Positions 10,584 through 20,005 of a stretch of 64,000 nucleotides of DNA are shown here, one piece after another. The stretch lies in the IMG/VR virus record IMGVR_UViG_3300031857_022279. One strand, given 5' to 3'. The DNA is from a virus. The translations under genes and the position numbers were made by a program. The notes under the pieces were generated by a model. The model saw only the letters and a list, made by a program, of their open reading frames with translations. It was not told where the DNA came from and ran no database searches. Position 1 is the first letter of the stretch. The number at the start of each line of letters is the position of its first letter.

Positions 10584-10820
10584 ATGGAAAATCTACAAAC
10601 AGTATACTACACAGCTCTTAAAAAGAGATACGAGTCTCAAATAGCGGAAGCAGAGGCTAATCTTACTCTTTACTTTAGTTCTAAAAATCTAGCTGCTATC
10701 GGTGAGCACTCTGACCTACTTACAGAACATGATAGGTGGATAGAACAATTGGCAAATGCTAAAGACAAGTTGGAGACACTAGAGAATTTTATCTCTACTG
10801 GTCTAACTATAAATGGATAA
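10584..10820 (+). CDS. Hypothetical protein (small helical phage protein)
   Basis: 78-aa ORF in the operon. Confidence 0.7.
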   Translation: MENLQTVYYTALKKRYESQIAEAEANLTLYFSSKNLAAIGEHSDLLTEHDRWIEQLANAKDKLETLENFISTGLTING

Positions 10821-10839
10821 AAAAATAAAATAAGAAAAT

Positions 10840-11487
10840 ATGTCACAAACAAAATTAGAAGTTAACACGGTTAAACCAGACTTGTTTTTCACTAAAAAGG
10901 AAAACACCTTCAGAATCTTAGATACAGATACTGAATTTACATTGGATTCTTCAATTACCACCCTAGAAGAGTATATCAAAAACACCAATGGATTTGGTAA
11001 GAGTGAAGAACAAAAAGATATGGATTACGCTCACGCTCAATATCTATGGAAAGAGTATCAAACAGAGTTGAAAAATTGCAAACTAAATTTTCATCTCGAT
11101 CAAAGTCAATATTCTCTTTTGACCGACCTTTTGATAAAGAAGCTTGAATATGATACAAATACTGTTTTCATTGCAATCGAATTAGTAGATTTACTCGGAT
11201 CAATTAAAGGTACTAAATTTCAAGGAGAAGAAGTAAAGTCTTTTAAAGTCACCGCTACAGAAATTACTTATATCTATCACCTTATTCAGAATTATAAAGT
11301 TAAGGGTCTATCAAAAGAAGCATTCACTTTTGCTGAAATTCTTAGACGGATTGGCGAAATTTCTAAAGTAGTTAGTTTCTATGATGCGAGAGCAAAGAAC
11401 TTTACTGAAGAAATCGCTAAATGGGCTCTTAGTTTAGATGCAGATTCGGCGAGTCTAATTTATGAAGTGCCAGGAAAAACAGAATAG
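10840..11487 (+). CDS. Hypothetical protein
   Basis: 215-aa ORF with an A-rich leader. Confidence 0.75.
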   Translation: MSQTKLEVNTVKPDLFFTKKENTFRILDTDTEFTLDSSITTLEEYIKNTNGFGKSEEQKDMDYAHAQYLWKEYQTELKNCKLNFHLDQSQYSLLTDLLIKKLEYDTNTVFIAIELVDLLGSIKGTKFQGEEVKSFKVTATEITYIYHLIQNYKVKGLSKEAFTFAEILRRIGEISKVVSFYDARAKNFTEEIAKWALSLDADSASLIYEVPGKTE

Positions 11488-11513
11488 TATTAATTCTATT
11501 TTGACCATTAGAA

Positions 11514-11717
11514 TCACAAATTTCGATTTTTTAAAAATTCTTTAAAATTCAAAATTTGTGATTCTTTTATTTTATTAGGTAGCTTCTTAAAAGAGACATC
11601 TTTAGTCCACTCTTCATCAAAAACCCATTTCATATTTTTTGGCGCCTTCTTTTTAGATCCCCATTTTCTTCTCATTGCCCAAATAAATTTGAATTGTTGT
11701 TTTGACCTTGATGGCAT
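11514..11717 (-). CDS. Small basic hypothetical protein (MPSRSKQQFKFIWA...)
   Basis: 67-aa ORF 5 nt after the amidoligase stop; C-terminal ILNFKEFL motif. Confidence 0.65.
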   Translation of the reverse strand: MPSRSKQQFKFIWAMRRKWGSKKKAPKNMKWVFDEEWTKDVSFKKLPNKIKESQILNFKEFLKNRNL

Positions 11718-11722
11718 TATTT

Positions 11723-12814
11723 TTACTTATTTTCTAAGAATTTATAAAGCTTCTTTAAATATATATTCCTGTCATATTCAAAATTTGTCATAAGATGAAC
11801 CACGTAAGTAAAATAGAGAAGCTTATCTATTAGGTTAGTTTTATCCATCTCACCTCCTGGGTATCTAAATTCAATATAGTTAAATCTTTTTAGAGGTATT
11901 AAATTAACCCCATAGTTTTTATAACCTTTTTCATTTAGAATTCGGATAAGTCTATCATTTAATATATTTTCTATATCGGAAATTTTTTCATCTTGCATTA
12001 ACTTTTTACATTCTTCAATTAGATTCTTTTCTTTAGTTAGTTCGGATATTAAAGAACCGCAAAATTTAGAATTTTTTCTCCATTCCATGTTTTTAAATAC
12101 AAATGGGTCATCACCTGTATCATTTAAAAACAAAAGTCCTTTTATTATATTGTAATTGGTTGATTCCTTGAGTCCAATATTAATATGTATTCCAGTATTT
12201 TCTGTAAATTTCCAATATTTTTGAATACTATATGAATCATAGAAATCTTGAATGAATCCGATTAAGTCATCAATTGAGTTGAAATATGTTAGATTTGAAA
12301 GTTCAATTCCTCTATTTAAAGTATTATCTAGTTCAAACTTTAATACACTTTTGTATTTTTTATAAAAATCTTTGAAATTACTTCTGAATTGATTCTCTAA
12401 ATAATTAAAATCATCAGAGTAGAAATAAGATAAAACTTGTGGCTTTATTAATTGAACTATTAATTTATTTTCGCCTTCATAAGATTCCTCTTCTAATATT
12501 TCATCTACTAAATATTCATAATCTTCCCATTCGTATTTTATCTCGTTTAGTATTGTCTCTATAAATTCTTGGATTTTCTCGGTAATAGTAAATTCATCTA
12601 TTCTAAGAAGATGTTTTATGACTGAATTTTTTATCTTCAAGACAATCTCATTAACATATTTTTCACTATAATCAATATCACCATCTGTTAAGTCTTCTGT
12701 CTCTAACTCAATTTCTATTGATGATGTGAAAAGATCTGATATTTCTTTTTTTCTAAATAAGTTCAGTTTACCACTTTTTACTTCATTTATAAAATCCGTG
12801 TATTTGAAAATCAT
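11723..12814 (-). CDS. Putative amidoligase (COOH-NH2 ligase type 2 family)
   Basis: Motifs SIEIELE, GIELS, TGIHINIG, K...NL, YIEFRYPGG. Confidence 0.7.
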   Translation of the reverse strand: MIFKYTDFINEVKSGKLNLFRKKEISDLFTSSIEIELETEDLTDGDIDYSEKYVNEIVLKIKNSVIKHLLRIDEFTITEKIQEFIETILNEIKYEWEDYEYLVDEILEEESYEGENKLIVQLIKPQVLSYFYSDDFNYLENQFRSNFKDFYKKYKSVLKFELDNTLNRGIELSNLTYFNSIDDLIGFIQDFYDSYSIQKYWKFTENTGIHINIGLKESTNYNIIKGLLFLNDTGDDPFVFKNMEWRKNSKFCGSLISELTKEKNLIEECKKLMQDEKISDIENILNDRLIRILNEKGYKNYGVNLIPLKRFNYIEFRYPGGEMDKTNLIDKLLYFTYVVHLMTNFEYDRNIYLKKLYKFLENK

Positions 12815-12847
12815 ATAATATTTATTATTTTACAAAAGCCATATAAT

Positions 12848-12877
12848 AAAAAAACGAGACTAGTGCCTCGTTTTTTT
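12848..12877. terminator. Bidirectional intrinsic terminator
   Basis: aaaaaaacgag-actagtgc-ctcgttttttt. Confidence 0.7.
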
Positions 12878-12895
12878 AATAAAATATTATTCTTA

Positions 12896-13432
12896 TTAAG
12901 AAGGTAGTTCCTCAGTACCTTCTTCTTTAGATTCTTCTTCCTTTTCTTCAGTACTTTCTTCCTTTTCTTCCTCTTTTACTTCTTCGAAGTCATCGGAATT
13001 TTCTTCTGCCGGTGTTTCTGTTTCAACTTCAGTCTCAACTTTAACCTCAGGCTCAGCTTCAGCAACCGGCTCTTCTGTTGTTTCAGTAGATTCAACTGGT
13101 TCTTCCGTTGTTTCAGTTTCAGTTGGTGTAGCAGGTTGAGAGTCATCTTTTCCACCCATAAGAGCTTCAGCTGGAATTTTATCAACATTCAAGAAGTTCA
13201 AGTTTATGTACTTAACAATCTCTTCTGCAATATCAACATCTCCAAAAAACTGACGTAGATTTTTACCAGCTGTATCTTTGACTTTCTTTACATAAGAATT
13301 TATTAAAGATTGTGGTATATCTACAAACGTTCTTACTTTATAGATATCATTTACTTGTAAAACAGATTCTTTTATAATTTCAGATTTTTTTCTATCTGTA
13401 GTGTATTTTTCAAATTTTCTTAGATGTTTCAT
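12896..13432 (-). CDS. Hypothetical protein with acidic C-terminal tail, probably virion internal
   Basis: MKHLRKFE N-terminus, E/T-rich tail, upstream AATATATA. Confidence 0.7.
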   Translation of the reverse strand: MKHLRKFEKYTTDRKKSEIIKESVLQVNDIYKVRTFVDIPQSLINSYVKKVKDTAGKNLRQFFGDVDIAEEIVKYINLNFLNVDKIPAEALMGGKDDSQPATPTETETTEEPVESTETTEEPVAEAEPEVKVETEVETETPAEENSDDFEEVKEEEKEESTEEKEEESKEEGTEELPS

Positions 13433-13474
13433 CCTTTTGATTAATTTTTTATATACTATATATTAGTTTTTTAA

Positions 13475-13972
13475 TTAGCTTTTTATTAAGAATATTGCAG
13501 TCACTATAACTACCGCGGTATTAAGACCAACACTCACAAATTTGCCTAATTTTTGTCTAAATACTTCTTTTTTCAACTCCTTAATCTCTTCATCTTTTAT
13601 TTTAATTATATCATCACAGAGATCTCCTCCGCCTTGGCATCTCTCTAAAGCCATTTTCAGATCTTTGATCTCATCATCTTTAGCCTTTCCCTGTGACTCT
13701 AGATCTTTAACCTTGACTTCAAACAAAGCAATTTTTTCACCAAGAGCATTTATTACTTTCACATAATTAGCATCAATATTATCACAATCAATTTGAAGCT
13801 GCTTAAATAATCCAAGAAGTTCTAAGTCATTGTCAAGTTTTTGAGCTTGTTCGATAGAAATAACAATTCCAATTGTGTCACCATTTTCTACTAGGTAGTA
13901 AGGCGTATCCTTTGATTGAGAAAATGATATTGTGCTCATAAGAGTTAGTAATAAAATTAGTAAGTGTTTCAT
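13475..13972 (-). CDS. Secreted coiled-coil protein with C-terminal TM (spanin-like candidate)
   Basis: Signal peptide MKHLLILLLTLMSTISFS|Q, coiled coil, C-terminal hydrophobic helix. Confidence 0.5.
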   Translation of the reverse strand: MKHLLILLLTLMSTISFSQSKDTPYYLVENGDTIGIVISIEQAQKLDNDLELLGLFKQLQIDCDNIDANYVKVINALGEKIALFEVKVKDLESQGKAKDDEIKDLKMALERCQGGGDLCDDIIKIKDEEIKELKKEVFRQKLGKFVSVGLNTAVVIVTAIFLIKS

Positions 13973-14391
13973 TTTTTCGTTGTTTTTTCTTTTAGAGACT
14001 CAATTAATAAATCTCCCTCTCTTTTAATCGGGTTTTTTGTAAGATTTTCTATTTTCTTTTCAGTCTCTTTCTTTTTGTCCTTTTGTACCTGTAGATCCCC
14101 TCTTAGTATCTGAATCTGTATGTCTTTTAAAGCAATAACTTTATTTATAGAATCTATTTTAAACTGATATTTAGCTGCTTCGATTGAATCTTGTTTAGCT
14201 TCAAGTTTATAAAATTCAACCTCTTGTTTAAGTTGTTCTCTTTTTTCTTCTAATTCCTCCGATCTTTGTTCTAAGTTTTTTATAAGTCTTTTGTGACCAG
14301 AAGAATCATAAAAATAAAAGAAAAGTAGAAATATAGCAATACCAGAAACTACAAGAATTAGCCAAGTTTTTGGATCAAAATTTATTTTCAT
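13969..14391 (-). CDS. N-terminally anchored coiled-coil protein (i-spanin-like candidate)
   Basis: TM WLILVVSGIAIFLLFFYFY followed by heptad repeats; 4-nt overlap with the next gene. Confidence 0.5.
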   Translation of the reverse strand: MKINFDPKTWLILVVSGIAIFLLFFYFYDSSGHKRLIKNLEQRSEELEEKREQLKQEVEFYKLEAKQDSIEAAKYQFKIDSINKVIALKDIQIQILRGDLQVQKDKKKETEKKIENLTKNPIKREGDLLIESLKEKTTKK

Positions 14392-14455
14392 TTCTTTTTA
14401 TTTATATTTGTATTTGTATATAATATATATCTAAAATTAAAACCTTTTAATTTCT

Positions 14456-14938
14456 GTGAAAAACCTTTCGATTTTCGATTTTGATAATACTCTTTGTTTC
14501 ACACCTGAATCAAAAGAAGGTATGGAAATTTATAAAAATAAGACCGGTCAAGAGTGGCCTTATCCAGGTTGGTGGGGTAGAAAAGAATCACTTGATACTG
14601 ATATTTTTGATATTCCTCTTAATAAAGTTGTTTATGATAAATATCTATCTTCTAAAGGAGATTATTTAGTACTTGCAACTGGTAGACTCTCAAAATTAAC
14701 AAGTGAAGTATCATCTATACTAGAAAAATATGAACTAAAATTTGATGAAGTTCATTTAAATCCAGGAATGGATACTTACAAGTTCAAAACGGATTTATTT
14801 GAAAAAGTAATTTACAAAATTAGACCAGATAAGGTGGTCATTTATGATGACCGAGATACTCACCTTATCCGATTCAAAGAGTGGTCTGAAAAGCAACCTT
14901 GTTCTATAGAAATCATAGATGTTAAAAAATTAAAATAA
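14456..14938 (+). CDS. HAD-superfamily hydrolase (Swiss-Army-Knife RNA-repair-like HAD)
   Basis: IFDFDNTL motif I, LATGR motif II, IYDDR motif IV, WWGRKESL. A TATATTTG (TAnnTTTG) element lies at 14403-14410. Confidence 0.75.
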   Translation: MKNLSIFDFDNTLCFTPESKEGMEIYKNKTGQEWPYPGWWGRKESLDTDIFDIPLNKVVYDKYLSSKGDYLVLATGRLSKLTSEVSSILEKYELKFDEVHLNPGMDTYKFKTDLFEKVIYKIRPDKVVIYDDRDTHLIRFKEWSEKQPCSIEIIDVKKLK

Positions 14939-15025
14939 AAAGAGTCTAACAAAAGAGACGATTTACTTGAAAATTATCAAATAAATTAATCTTAAAAAAT
15001 AAAATAGATTTTTAATATATAATTT

Positions 15026-15898
15026 ATGAAATATCTTAAACATTTCAATGAAGAGCTAAAACCTGAAACCTATATAACGGCTGGTAACAGTCTCAAATAT
15101 TATGGAAAACATACAAAAGGCAATAAGCTAGTTGATTATGGATATGAGAAAGGCCACGGTTTTTATAATGCACACATACAATATGTCGGATTATCTCCAG
15201 TTTATACTGGTAAAATTACAAATCCAATTTGTAAATTCTATTATGGAACGCCACAATGGGATGGTCCACAATCCGGTAATTCAAAATTAGTCCACACTAA
15301 TTTATCAGAAGAACAATTAGTTAGCGATTGGAAAAATGGAAATGGGCCTCTATCATTTACATTAGAATTTAGATTCACCCCATCAGAAGAATTAAAATCG
15401 GATTTAAAAAAATTAAATGATGATGATAGGCTTAAATCCTCAATTAATCATTCGAATAGTTTTCACTTATTTACAATGAACGTAAGCTTGAGTGATTGGA
15501 ATGAAGGATTAAAATACTATAATTATATAGAAGATGATGATGAATTTATTGAACCAGGAGATCCAAACTATGTAGACTTAATAGATTTATATCAAAATAC
15601 AAAGTCATTATCAATAAGATTAAGTAGATTAATGGATAAAGGCATTTATGGTATATTCGCTGATAGACAATCTGCACTTAAATTTAAAAGAAATTTACCT
15701 AGCCTAATAAATCCACACAAAGAAAAGATAATGAATTTATTATCTATTATAGGTGGTGGTGCTGAAGAATTGGAAGATATTTTTGAATCTTTCGATATAA
15801 TTAGAATTAACTCTTTATATCAGAGTGAGGATATAAAAGGCGTTAACTTACACAATACTTGGTATAAAGGATTTCTTTATATCAGAGTGAGGATATAA
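15026..15898 (+). CDS. Hypothetical protein (CTS-like N-terminus); C-terminus altered by a duplication
   Basis: 290-aa ORF, MKYLKHFNEE, AATATATA 5 nt upstream. Confidence 0.75.
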   Translation: MKYLKHFNEELKPETYITAGNSLKYYGKHTKGNKLVDYGYEKGHGFYNAHIQYVGLSPVYTGKITNPICKFYYGTPQWDGPQSGNSKLVHTNLSEEQLVSDWKNGNGPLSFTLEFRFTPSEELKSDLKKLNDDDRLKSSINHSNSFHLFTMNVSLSDWNEGLKYYNYIEDDDEFIEPGDPNYVDLIDLYQNTKSLSIRLSRLMDKGIYGIFADRQSALKFKRNLPSLINPHKEKIMNLLSIIGGGAEELEDIFESFDIIRINSLYQSEDIKGVNLHNTWYKGFLYIRVRI

Positions 15899-15935
15899 AA
15901 GGCGTTAACTTACACAATACTTGGTATAAAGGATT
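15812..15935 (+). repeat. Exact 62-bp tandem duplication
   Basis: 15812-15873 is identical to 15874-15935 (tctttatatcagagtgagg...ggtataaaggatt). Confidence 0.95.
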
Positions 15936-16066
15936 CATATAATATCAACAAACTTATCAAAATCATTAATTATTTTCAGGAATTAATTTGAGGTTAAAAA
16001 ATTAAAATAAATTTTTAAACTTATAAAATTTTAAATATATAAAACACCTAAAATCAATAAAAAAAT

Positions 16067-16348
16067 ATGAGCACAATTACTGAAAAGAAAACAAAATCCA
16101 AAGCTGATGAAATTCTTTCTAGACCGTGGAAATTGATACTTTCAAACGATGATTATAATACGTTTGATTGGGTAATCACTTGTTTGATGAAAGTTTGTGG
16201 ACACGAATATGAGCAAGCTTCTCAATGTGCGCACATCGTACACTTCAATGGAGAGTGTGATGTTAAATACGGAGATCTCGAGACAATTTCTACAATGAAA
16301 GATAAATTAGTTAATGCTGGTTTGAAAGCCTTGATCGAGGCTAATTAG
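16067..16348 (+). CDS. clpS: ATP-dependent Clp protease adaptor ClpS
   Basis: LILSNDDYNTFDWVITCL...QASQCAHIVHFNGECDVKYG, the ClpS N-degron pocket motif NDD.NTF; Bacteroidota-like. Confidence 0.9.
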   Translation: MSTITEKKTKSKADEILSRPWKLILSNDDYNTFDWVITCLMKVCGHEYEQASQCAHIVHFNGECDVKYGDLETISTMKDKLVNAGLKALIEAN

Positions 16349-17136
16349 TCTTTTTGATTTCTAAGATAATTTTTAATATTTTCTAGATCATCTTTAGTCA
16401 GATTATCAATCGTATGCTTTATACTAAATTTCAACTCTTCTTCTTTTAACTTGTCTTCTATTTTAGCTTCTTGTCTCTCTGATTCCGTTAAAGGAGAAAC
16501 TGATTTTATTAGTTTTCTAATTTCTTTAACACTCGGAGTATTAAAGTCTCCAGATTTTGGAATTTCTCTAACAACTGGAATTTCTGATTTAAATTCAGAA
16601 ATCTCTTCCTCAGAAAAGTTTTTGACAATAGATAGAATTCTCCAGTCAAGCTTTTCTTTATTTTCTCTGATAAAGTCTATAGAAAGATCATTCGCACTAA
16701 TTAGATTCCAAAGTTTGAATTTTTCTATAATACTTTTATAGATTGAAATGTTAGATATTTTATCAGAAGAGCTTAAGTATAGAATCATTCTCTCCCAATT
16801 AATCCATTCTTCATACTCTTTTATAAAATCTTCCGATAGATTTGAGTATGTCAACATGTTTAAGTCAGATATATCTTCTAAAGTAAAGTACTCCAAGGTT
16901 ATGCCAGATTTAATAAAGTCCTCAGAAAGAGATAACATAGTAATTACTATTTCTTTATCTATGCCTTCAAAATCTTCACTTTCTGGTCCCCATTTTAAAA
17001 GAAATGATTCTGGTATTTCATATTCTCTAAGTACCTCTATCGCTCCTTCTTCTTTAATTTTTTCGAGTAGTTGAAATTCAGTTAGCTCTACTTCAGAGTT
17101 TGAAACTTCTTTATTTACAATTTTAACTTTTTTCAT
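16345..17136 (-). CDS. Hypothetical protein with LSEDFI...W repeats
   Basis: LSEDFIK twice, LSIDFIRE, periodic Trp. Confidence 0.65.
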   Translation of the reverse strand: MKKVKIVNKEVSNSEVELTEFQLLEKIKEEGAIEVLREYEIPESFLLKWGPESEDFEGIDKEIVITMLSLSEDFIKSGITLEYFTLEDISDLNMLTYSNLSEDFIKEYEEWINWERMILYLSSSDKISNISIYKSIIEKFKLWNLISANDLSIDFIRENKEKLDWRILSIVKNFSEEEISEFKSEIPVVREIPKSGDFNTPSVKEIRKLIKSVSPLTESERQEAKIEDKLKEEELKFSIKHTIDNLTKDDLENIKNYLRNQKD

Positions 17137-17145
17137 TTTTAAAAT

Positions 17146-19365
17146 TTATTTTTTGAAAGGATTATCCCATTTTCCAAGAGAAATATCATTTTTATATCTA
17201 TTATTAAATTTAGATTTTCTTCTTATATCTAAAAGCTGTTTATAGTCAACGCCTTCTATAAATTCATTGTTATTTAATATTTGATCTATAAACAATCTTA
17301 GTTGACTATCACTAAGACTATCAATGTAATCTTCTATTATTTGTCTAAACTCATTTTTTTGAAAAATGGCACACATGTCAATTATTGTCATAACAGTGTC
17401 ATCATGAGATGATCCATCTGCCGCGTACTTCACATTACCAGCACTTGTTGTATGTTTGATGAAAGTAGTTATTTCTTGAATATTGATTTCATTTGTAATT
17501 ATTATAGATTTGTCTTCCATTTTATCTTGATACTCTTTAACAAGTAAATTTTTATTTTCACCGACTTTTAATCCTATTTTTTCTTCAATCGCATCAGCTC
17601 TATGTTTAAATCTGAAAAATATTGAAGAACCATAGTTATTTCGTCCATCAAATACATTTGGTAAATGAGCTAAGAGTTCATTTCCATAGGTATTGATTTC
17701 TAAAACTATTTTAACGTTTTCTGGATTGAAGTATTCAAATGCAATCAAATAAAGAAGTTCGGATAGCTGTTGAACGGAAATTAAATTACTTCTAAAAATT
17801 CCAATCTGTTCAAGTCTTCCGAAATCGACAATAGATTTGTATTTATGCTTTTGTTGTTCAATCAATTCACTTGGCTTTATACCAACTTTAAAAATATTCA
17901 CTACTGTGCTGTCTTGACCTAGACCTTCTGCCACATCCACTGAAATAATAATTTTATAATTTTTTCTTTGGATTGGTATGTAAATATCTTCATCTTGACA
18001 CCATTTTAAATCTTGATAAGAAAATTTCAACTTTCCTTCAAACTCATCAATATTTTCCCACTCATAAAGTTTTTTACCTCTTGTCATCTCATCAATCAAG
18101 GTCTCACTTAATAAGCTTCTTGATGAGTTTATGAACCTAAGATCATATTCTTGATTAAAAGCTTCTTCACCACCTATATCTTTAATAGTTTCCTTTTTCC
18201 AAGTTGTGATGTCTGAAAATTCGAGTAGCCTAATTTCGTTAAATGATTCCGCAAGTAAGTCTTCCTCTGAACAATCACTGTTGTTCAAGGTCGTTATTAC
18301 CCATTTTTTTAATTCATCATTATATTTTAAACTATGTTCGTTCTTTGGGTATTGTTGTTTTAAGTAATTTAGTAACTCCTCTTTATCAATATCTAATTCT
18401 TTAACTTTCTTGGGATTAAGTCTTATATAAGTAGAAAATCTTTTTGGCACTTGCCACCAATAAACCCTTTTAGCCATATATGATGATTTTTCCCCTTCTG
18501 GCTTTTCGGCCTCGGTTAATAATTTGTGAAATAGATTAAAACCATTAGGAGTAGATGTTATAATAATTTTAGAATTTTCTATGTTTGACACAGTTGGAAA
18601 AACAGATTTATAAAACTTATCAGCTATATTATCTGGTAAGTAAGCAAACTCATCTAGATATAAAAAGTCAGCAGTTTGACCAATAGAGGATGTTTTTGTA
18701 GTCGCGAAGCCTTTGATCCTACTTTTATTTTCAAAAACCATAAATTTTTGATTCCAGTTAATTATTCCTTGTTGTAAGAAAAAGGGTAGTCTTTGATAAA
18801 TTTCTCTTATTTTATCCAAAACTTCAACAGCTGTATCCAATTTATTAGCAGTCACAAGAACATTCTTGTTATTATTAAAAAGAACATAATGTAGCATCAT
18901 TATTGAAGAACAAATCGTATTATGAGATAGAATTCCGTTTGTATAAAGTCTGTGATTACGATGATCAACAGTTGCATCAAACATAGATGTTTTGAATTTT
19001 ATCTTTTGCACACTTATTACCTTTTCTTCTCCAGTTTGAGTTTGTAGAATATCACCAACTTTTAGCTCTTTTACGAATATTTCCTTGAAATTACTACCAA
19101 AAACTATATGATTGTCTGCACTCTCTAAATGAAAATTACTCGTTTTAACTACCCAATGAGTGTATGGTTGTGTGAGATGTATTTTTGATACGGGTTCGTA
19201 TCCAGTATCACTTAAAACCTTCAAGTTACTTGTGTTTAGAGAATTAATAATCTTTTTTGATATATCATCCTCATTTAGACTTGTACCTCTATACTCAATT
19301 TTTTCTATAAATTGAATCAATGAATAAAGTAATTTGATTGTTACTGATTTAAAAAATTTAAACAT
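17146..19365 (-). CDS. terL: Terminase large subunit, C-terminal part, fused to the C-terminal split-intein fragment (residues 1-149)
   Basis: Intein block B (SADNH), block F (MFDATV), block G ...NGILSHN|T, then TerL motifs LYLDEFAY, IIITSTPNG, FNQEY, ISVDVAEG, HDDTVM. Confidence 0.92.
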   Translation of the reverse strand: MFKFFKSVTIKLLYSLIQFIEKIEYRGTSLNEDDISKKIINSLNTSNLKVLSDTGYEPVSKIHLTQPYTHWVVKTSNFHLESADNHIVFGSNFKEIFVKELKVGDILQTQTGEEKVISVQKIKFKTSMFDATVDHRNHRLYTNGILSHNTICSSIMMLHYVLFNNNKNVLVTANKLDTAVEVLDKIREIYQRLPFFLQQGIINWNQKFMVFENKSRIKGFATTKTSSIGQTADFLYLDEFAYLPDNIADKFYKSVFPTVSNIENSKIIITSTPNGFNLFHKLLTEAEKPEGEKSSYMAKRVYWWQVPKRFSTYIRLNPKKVKELDIDKEELLNYLKQQYPKNEHSLKYNDELKKWVITTLNNSDCSEEDLLAESFNEIRLLEFSDITTWKKETIKDIGGEEAFNQEYDLRFINSSRSLLSETLIDEMTRGKKLYEWENIDEFEGKLKFSYQDLKWCQDEDIYIPIQRKNYKIIISVDVAEGLGQDSTVVNIFKVGIKPSELIEQQKHKYKSIVDFGRLEQIGIFRSNLISVQQLSELLYLIAFEYFNPENVKIVLEINTYGNELLAHLPNVFDGRNNYGSSIFFRFKHRADAIEEKIGLKVGENKNLLVKEYQDKMEDKSIIITNEINIQEITTFIKHTTSAGNVKYAADGSSHDDTVMTIIDMCAIFQKNEFRQIIEDYIDSLSDSQLRLFIDQILNNNEFIEGVDYKQLLDIRRKSKFNNRYKNDISLGKWDNPFKK

Positions 19366-19442
19366 GATTTTTTTTATATTTTTTCATTATTATCTCAAAT
19401 AAATCATTTATCTTCCTATCAAGTTGGGAAACGTTTTAAATA

Positions 19443-19943
19443 TTATTTATCGAGAAGGTATATAAGGTCGTAAATTTTTATTTTTATTTTTTCTAAAATT
19501 GTTAATTTTCTTTGTCTCGATAATATATAGTAATATAATTTTCCAAATCTTATCTCTAATAACTCATCATTTAATCCAACAAAAACCTTCGTATTAAAGG
19601 AAAAACACTTACCAATCTGACGACTTGCCATAAGTATATTAAATCTATTATTAAAGAAGTTATCTAGTATTTCTTTTTGATAATCTCTTAGAGGTATTAT
19701 AATTGGTTGACCTTCTTCTCCTTTGATGTAACAATATGTTGACGCGAAGTAGTGAATGTCGAGTGCACACCTAATATACTCTTCTTGCTCTTCAGGTGAC
19801 ATTTTGAAAACAAGTCCTGATGTTCTAAGACCCACTACCTTTTCAAAAAATGGATTTTCTAATCTACTGAGTACAAATCCATTATTTATTCGCTCAGTAG
19901 CATCTTCAATCATTTTTGAATCCCAAATAATTTGCCTAGACAT
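19443..19943 (-). CDS. terL: Terminase large subunit, N-terminal part, fused to the N-terminal split-intein fragment (residues 113-166)
   Basis: LRDYQKEIL Q-motif, ILMASRQIGK Walker A, then intein block A CFSFNTKV (Cys codon at 19607) and TAA. Confidence 0.92.
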   Translation of the reverse strand: MSRQIIWDSKMIEDATERINNGFVLSRLENPFFEKVVGLRTSGLVFKMSPEEQEEYIRCALDIHYFASTYCYIKGEEGQPIIIPLRDYQKEILDNFFNNRFNILMASRQIGKCFSFNTKVFVGLNDELLEIRFGKLYYYILSRQRKLTILEKIKIKIYDLIYLLDK

Positions 19944-20005
19944 AAAATTTTAAAAATTTTGAAAAAAATCCACAAAGGATTATTTTATGTATATATACTA
20001 ATACT

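Noticed and set aside
15812-15935. DGR template/variable repeat pair or CRISPR unit
   Set aside because: The copies are identical and adjacent, with no adenine-specific mismatches, no spacer, and no RT or cas gene in the window.
19366-19442. Stop read-through or an upstream ATG joining the two terL ORFs
   Set aside because: The stop is TAA, a TGA follows in frame, the 77-nt gap changes frame, and the ATG at 19387 is out of frame with gene 2. An assembly indel alone would still leave in-frame stops.
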